A stretch of DNA of 64,000 nucleotides from Pyrinomonadaceae bacterium (GTDB taxonomy: Bacteria > Acidobacteriota > Blastocatellia > Pyrinomonadales > Pyrinomonadaceae). Made by a program: the position numbers and the translations under genes. Position 1 is the first letter of the stretch. Each line of letters begins with the position of its first letter. Of the stretch, positions 59,419 to 64,000 are shown one piece after another. The stretch covers positions 186,222 through 250,221 of the forward strand of contig DATMVD010000010.1 of NCBI GenBank assembly GCA_035563535.1. The letters are read 5' to 3'. The notes under the pieces are model-generated. The model ran no database searches. It was not told the DNA's origin and saw only the letters and a program-made list of their open reading frames with translations.

Positions 59419-60150
59419 TTGCGTAATTCCCCTGAAACAGAGGTGTCAAAGGTCGAGCACGCGCGACGCGTGCGGGCGATGTTTGCCGGGATTGCCGGCC
59501 GCTACGACCTTCTGAACCACCTGCTTTCGGGGAACGTTGACAAACGTTGGCGGCGCGAGGTCGCGCGCAGTTTACGTTCTTCGCTCGTCGGTGAAGCGCG
59601 CGTCCTCGACGTCGCCTGCGGGACAGGCGACCTCTCGTTCGTGCTCGCGGACGCGGGCGCGGGGCGAGTCGTCGGGCTCGACTTCTGCCGCCCGATGCTT
59701 GAGGTCGCGCGGCGCAAGGCCGACGCAGACTCCCGCGCGGTCCCATTCGTCGAGGGCGACGCGCTCAGTCTCCCGTTCGCGGACGAGACGTTCGACGCCG
59801 TCACCATCGCCTTCGGGCTGCGGAACCTCGCGGGCGTGCGCGAGGGCCTGCGCGAGCTGCGGAGGGTCTTGAGGCCGGGGGGCCGTCTGGCCGTCCTCGA
59901 ATTTTCGAGCCCCGTCGTGCCGGGCTTCCGCTCGCTGTTCCGTTTCTATTTCACGCGAGTGCTGCCGCGCGTCGGCGGCTGGGTGAGCGGCTCGCGCGGG
60001 GCGTACGAGTATCTGCCCGACTCCGTGTCGCGCTTCCCTGACCAGAAGCGTCTGGTTGAGCTGATGCGCGAGGAGGGCTTTGAGGGGGTCGGTTATAAGA
60101 ATCTGACGGGCGGGATCGCCGCGCTGCACACGGGCTCCCGCGCCGCCTGA
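59419..60150 (+). CDS. ubiE: Demethylmenaquinone / ubiquinone-menaquinone biosynthesis C-methyltransferase
   Basis: 243 aa. SAM motif VLDVACGTGD with UbiE/MenG-like similarity. TTG start at 59419 is uncertain; an internal ATG at 59479 is also possible. Confidence 0.8.
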   Translation: MRNSPETEVSKVEHARRVRAMFAGIAGRYDLLNHLLSGNVDKRWRREVARSLRSSLVGEARVLDVACGTGDLSFVLADAGAGRVVGLDFCRPMLEVARRKADADSRAVPFVEGDALSLPFADETFDAVTIAFGLRNLAGVREGLRELRRVLRPGGRLAVLEFSSPVVPGFRSLFRFYFTRVLPRVGGWVSGSRGAYEYLPDSVSRFPDQKRLVELMREEGFEGVGYKNLTGGIAALHTGSRAA

Positions 60151-60323
60151 AATTATGGGCTTGGCCGCGCCTCGCATACGCTGCGGCCACTGAACTAGCC
60201 CGGCGAATTCTGCCTCTTTGGTGGTTGTCGGGGCCGCCGTCGAGGATTTGAGTTCGTCGGGCTAGGTTTATTTGCTATCATCTCTCCGCAATCCGACTTC
60301 CCTTCTAAGTTAAGTCAGGTTCG

Positions 60324-61319
60324 ATGAAGCGCAAGCTGCTCGACATCGCGCGCCGTCTGCTCATCCTGCTGCTGGTGGTGTGGACGGTGGTGAGCCTGGT
60401 GACGATTCTGATTGAACTCGTCCCCGGCGACCCCGCGACCGCCATCCTCGGCGACGCCGCGACGCCCGAGGCGCTCGCGCAGTTCCGGCAGAAGCACGGC
60501 CTCGACCGCCCTGCCTTCTTCTTCACTTACGCCGCGGACGAGGAGGGCGGCCCGCGCCGCTTCAAGTGGAACGGCGCGGACAACCGCTACGTCGATTACT
60601 GGCGCGGCATCCTGCGCGGCGACATGGGGAACTCGTTCCGCACAGACCGCCCCGTGCGCGACCTGATCCTCTCGCGCTACGGCGCGACGATACAGCTCGC
60701 CGTCGCCGCGCTGCTCGTCGCCGTCGCCATCGCGGTGCCTCTGGGCGTGGTGGCGGGGACGAACCGCGGGAACCTCTTGGACAACGCGCTCTCGGTCGTC
60801 GCGCTCGTCGGCATCTCTCTGCCGAGCTTCGTCGTGGGGCCGCTGCTCATCTACATCTTCGCCGTGTGGCTCGGGTGGCTCGACCCCTCGGGGCGCTTCG
60901 GCTGGTCGAGCATCATCCTGCCGGCCGTCACGCTCGGCGCGGCGCTCTCGGCGCTCCTCACGCGCATGGTGCGCTCCTCTGTGATCGAAGAGATGAGCGA
61001 AGACTACGTCCGCACGGCGCGCGCGAAGGGCTTGGGCGAGCGCACGGTCGTCTACAAGCACGTCCTGAAGAATGGCCTCATCCCCGTCGTCACCGTCCTC
61101 GGCCTGCAACTCGGCGTGCTCCTCGCCGGGGCCATCATCACCGAGAAGATTTTCAACTGGCCCGGCATCGGCCTGCTGTTAGTAGAAGAGGGCATCAACA
61201 AGCGCGACTACCGCCTGGTACAGGGCTGCGTCCTCGTCATCAGCGTCACGTACATCCTGGCGAACACGCTGACCGACCTGCTCTACCGTCGGCTCGACCC
61301 TCGGATCAGAGTCTCATGA
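60324..61319 (+). CDS. ABC transporter permease, oligopeptide/dipeptide DppB/OppB-like
   Basis: 331 aa with 6 TM segments. EAA-like motif EDYVRTARAKGL. Confidence 0.8.
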   Translation: MKRKLLDIARRLLILLLVVWTVVSLVTILIELVPGDPATAILGDAATPEALAQFRQKHGLDRPAFFFTYAADEEGGPRRFKWNGADNRYVDYWRGILRGDMGNSFRTDRPVRDLILSRYGATIQLAVAALLVAVAIAVPLGVVAGTNRGNLLDNALSVVALVGISLPSFVVGPLLIYIFAVWLGWLDPSGRFGWSSIILPAVTLGAALSALLTRMVRSSVIEEMSEDYVRTARAKGLGERTVVYKHVLKNGLIPVVTVLGLQLGVLLAGAIITEKIFNWPGIGLLLVEEGINKRDYRLVQGCVLVISVTYILANTLTDLLYRRLDPRIRVS

Positions 61320-62131
61320 ACCGGCTGGCCTACTTCGGACTCGTCTTCATCGTGCTGCTGGTTTTGGTGGCGCTGTTTGCGCCGTGGATCGCGACGCACG
61401 ACGTGGGGGCGACAGACCTTCTGGCGCGCTACAAGGGGCCTTCGGCCGAGCACTGGCTGGGGACGGACGCGACGGGGCGCGACGTCTTCTCAAGGGTCGT
61501 GTTCGGGGCGCGCATCTCTTTGCAGGTGGGGCTCGTCGTGGTCGGGGTGTCGGCCGCGGTGGGGACTCTCATCGGCGCGCTCGCGGGCTTCTACGGCGGC
61601 TGGATCGACCGTGTCGTGTCGGGCTACGTCTTCAACGTCTTCCTCGCCTTTCCGGGGCTGCTGCTCGCCATCGCGATTGTCGCGTTCCTCGGCCAGGGGC
61701 TGAACAAGCTCATCTTCGCGCTGTGCATCATCGGCTGGGTTGGCTACGCGCGCGTGATGCGCGGGCAGGTCTTGAAGGTGCGCGAGTACGACTTCGTGCA
61801 GGCCGCCCGCGCCCTGGGCGCGCGCGACTGGCGGATACTTCTCTTCCACGTGCTGCCCAACGCCGTCCAGCCACTCATCGTGCAGGCGAGCCTCGGGATG
61901 GCGGGCGCGGTGCTGTCGGAGGCGGCGCTCTCGTTCCTGGGACTCGGCGTGCCGCCGCCCGCGCCCTCGTGGGGCGTGATGCTCGAAGAGGCGCGCGACC
62001 TCGCCACGCTCAGCCGCGCGCCGCACGCGATGCTCGCGCCGGGGCTCGCCATCGCGCTCACCGTCCTCGCCTTCAACTTCCTCGGCGACGGCCTGCGCGA
62101 ATACCTCGACCCGCGCCAGCGCAAGCGCTGA
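61316..62131 (+). CDS. ABC transporter permease, DppC/OppC-like
   Basis: 271 aa from MNRLAYFGLVFIVLL. ATGA overlap with the upstream permease. EAA-like motif FVQAARALGA. Confidence 0.8.
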   Translation: MNRLAYFGLVFIVLLVLVALFAPWIATHDVGATDLLARYKGPSAEHWLGTDATGRDVFSRVVFGARISLQVGLVVVGVSAAVGTLIGALAGFYGGWIDRVVSGYVFNVFLAFPGLLLAIAIVAFLGQGLNKLIFALCIIGWVGYARVMRGQVLKVREYDFVQAARALGARDWRILLFHVLPNAVQPLIVQASLGMAGAVLSEAALSFLGLGVPPPAPSWGVMLEEARDLATLSRAPHAMLAPGLAIALTVLAFNFLGDGLREYLDPRQRKR

Positions 62132-62249
62132 GCGCCTCCTCCTCGTTCGAGGGGGCTGCAAAATTCTTTACATCCTCACGCGGCTGGTTTAGACTCTGCC
62201 GCACTGAAGTTCTTTGCCCGACTTTCCCGACTGTTCGGCCATCCTCCTT

Positions 62250-64000
62250 ATGCGCCGGGTGAACTCACGAACCCACGGCCGTGAAGCGCCGCCGCCGGGC
62301 GGCTTCACAAGAATCGCTCGCCTCCTACTCGTCGCGACGCCCTTCCTCTTCGCCTTGTCGGCACCGCCCACGCTCGAAGCGCAGAAAGGCTCGGAACAGA
62401 ACCGCGGGGCGGGCGTCCGCATCGAGGCCAGCTCGGCCATCGCCAACGTCTGCCCCGGCCCTGAGTCTTCTTCGGCGCGCGTGCGGCTGAGGGCCGCGGG
62501 CGTCGGCGCCGGCTGCAAGGCGCGCTACACGTGGGGCGTCACGGGCGGGCGCATCGTCGGCGAAGGCCCGGAGGTCGTCTGGGACTTCACGGGAACGCAG
62601 GTGGACTTCTCGGGCGAGCGGCCGAGCAGGAACTTCTACGACGTGACGCTCACGGTCGAAGGCGGCCCGGGCTGCGACGTGCGGCGCGCGGTGTCGGCCC
62701 CGGCGCGCGTCGTCGTGTGGGGCTGCCCGCCGAGACTTGAGCCGGAGCCGCCCGCGTCGAGGCGCGCGGGCGCGGCCTTCCGCTGCCCGAACATCGCGCT
62801 CTGCTGCCACGCCGCCGTCAGGCGCGGGCTACTCGGGCCTTTCACCGCCACGCTCGGCGAGGCGGGCGGCGTCACGCCCTCCTTCAACTGGAAGCTCTCG
62901 GCGGGACAGGTCGCCGAAGGCCAGGGCACGAAAGAGATACTCATCGACACGAAGGGGCTGAAGGCCGGGCCGCTCATCGCGACGGTCGAGGTGGGCGGCT
63001 ACGGCCCGCGTTGCAGCGCCACGTGCCTCGCGGAGGTGCCCGACGTGCGCGGCGAGCCCGCCCCGCAGTACGCCACCCTCAACGTGTCTGTAAAGAACGC
63101 GCTCGACGGCCGCCCGGTGCCGGGCGCGCTGGTCAAGGTCTACCGGGCCGACGGCGCAATCGGCGGCCAGGCCGAGACGGACGACCGGGGCCGGTTCATG
63201 CGCGGCGGCTGGACGCCCGGCGCGTACCGCGTCGAGGTGAGCGCGCGCAGGTTCGAGGGGCTGTGGATGAACGTGACCCTCGACGCCTACTCGGCCGGCT
63301 CCGTCGCCCTCTCCCTGCTGCCGGTCGCCGCGCCGACCGCGACGCCCACGCCGACTCCGACTCCCTCGCCGACCGCGACGCCCGCGCCAGAGCCGACCGT
63401 CGAGATGACGCCGCCCCCGCGTAAAGGTGATCAGGTCGTTGACACGTTCAAGGTGAGTCCGCTCACCTGGCTCGTGCTCGGGGTGCTCGCGTTGCTCGCC
63501 ACGGCGGGCTGGCTGCTCGCGCCGAGGCTGTCAGGGGGAGCGGCCGCCGACGCGGGCGAGGCCGCCGCCCCGGCCGAAGCGTCGCCCGTCGCCGCGGCCG
63601 CCGCGACGACGCGGGCCGACGAGGTTCACTGCACCGCGTACGCGCCCCCTTCGGCACAGCCGGACGACAGCTTTCTGGTGCAGGTCTTCGCGCACCTCCA
63701 AGCGCAGGCCGGCGAGTTGGACGCGCTCGCCTGCGGCCCCGACCCGACCGCACGCCGCTACGACTCGAAGAAGCTGAGCGAAACCATCGAGCGCGGCCGC
63801 GAGCTGTTCTTAACACTCCAGATGCCCGGCCTCGAAATCGACGAGCCGACGCAGTCAATCGTTTGGGACGGCGAGGTTCAGTGCGTCGCCTACGGCGTCA
63901 CCGTCCCCGCGGACTTCAAGCCGAAGACCATCCTCAGCAAGGTCGTCGTCGCCGTCGTGAACGCGGACGGCGCGCGCGTCCCCGTCGGCCACCTCAAGTT
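62250..64000 (+). CDS. 3'-truncated gene for a large secreted/membrane protein. Signal peptide, Cys-rich N-terminal region, a carboxypeptidase-regulatory-like (CarbopepD_reg) beta-sandwich domain, a Pro/Thr linker, a TM helix, then more sequence. Absent from the ORF track.
   Basis: Frame 62250 is open with no stop to the window end (>580 codons), with strongly GC-biased third positions. ATG at 62250 is followed by a hydrophobic stretch. The domain motif is LNVSVKNALDGRPVPGALVKVYRADG...TDDRGRFMRGGWTPGAYRVEVSARRFEG. The linker is PTATPTPTPTPSPTATPAPEPT. Confidence 0.5.
   Translation, partial: MRRVNSRTHGREAPPPGGFTRIARLLLVATPFLFALSAPPTLEAQKGSEQNRGAGVRIEASSAIANVCPGPESSSARVRLRAAGVGAGCKARYTWGVTGGRIVGEGPEVVWDFTGTQVDFSGERPSRNFYDVTLTVEGGPGCDVRRAVSAPARVVVWGCPPRLEPEPPASRRAGAAFRCPNIALCCHAAVRRGLLGPFTATLGEAGGVTPSFNWKLSAGQVAEGQGTKEILIDTKGLKAGPLIATVEVGGYGPRCSATCLAEVPDVRGEPAPQYATLNVSVKNALDGRPVPGALVKVYRADGAIGGQAETDDRGRFMRGGWTPGAYRVEVSARRFEGLWMNVTLDAYSAGSVALSLLPVAAPTATPTPTPTPSPTATPAPEPTVEMTPPPRKGDQVVDTFKVSPLTWLVLGVLALLATAGWLLAPRLSGGAAADAGEAAAPAEASPVAAAAATTRADEVHCTAYAPPSAQPDDSFLVQVFAHLQAQAGELDALACGPDPTARRYDSKKLSETIERGRELFLTLQMPGLEIDEPTQSIVWDGEVQCVAYGVTVPADFKPKTILSKVVVAVVNADGARVPVGHLK

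Noticed and set aside
62281-63424. Short plus-strand ORFs listed by the track (62281-62490, 62531-62740, 62737-62961, 63011-63424) and the minus-strand ORF at 63463-63858
   Set aside because: They overlap a much longer uninterrupted frame (62250 to the window end) that carries recognisable domains and GC3 bias. The long frame was omitted by the track only because it lacks an in-window stop.

Overview
High-GC (roughly 68-70%) bacterial chromosomal segment, probably from an Acidobacteriota-like Gram-negative organism. The lineage guess rests on a TIGR03437/Soli_Cterm-like C-terminal domain (recognised from memory), many signal-peptide proteins and frequent GTG/TTG starts.

About 50 protein-coding genes are supportable. 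Most are housekeeping or metabolic:
- AtuA-like protein with an acyl-CoA carboxylase beta subunit.
- HAD hydrolase and a LarA-like protein.
- A 1479-aa four-domain lipid enzyme (reductase, AMP-ligase, carrier, acyltransferase), followed by an NAD-epimerase, a DAG-kinase-like lipid kinase and a PlsC acyltransferase.
- metH, coaD, an aspartate aminotransferase.
- An ECF sigma factor with an anti-sigma/TonB-C fusion, and a paralogous zinc-ribbon/TonB-C protein elsewhere.
- Two ABC-2 exporters, one with a GntR regulator.
- A flotillin/SPFH protein with internal repeats, and a CBM9/DUF5916-like outer-membrane protein.
- An aldo-keto reductase, a VanX-like dipeptidase, a vanadium-haloperoxidase-like PAP2 protein.
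- A FecR/DUF6600 protein and a secreted repeat protein.
- A DSD1-type PLP enzyme, ppa, an esterase, a DEDD exonuclease, ChaN, rpsU, an S9 peptidase, an ATP-grasp protein, an M16-like peptidase, ubiE and dppBC permeases.
- A long 3'-truncated ORF at the window end that is missing from the ORF track.

No rRNA, tRNA, CRISPR array, transposase or integrase was recognised.

The most unusual structural signal is at least five distinct families of long palindromic elements. Their arms are built from short tandem units, and they sit at almost every gene junction. One copy encloses a four-helix-bundle (TIGR02436-like) gene.

Many long ORFs in the six-frame track are antisense or frame artefacts of the high GC content and were rejected.
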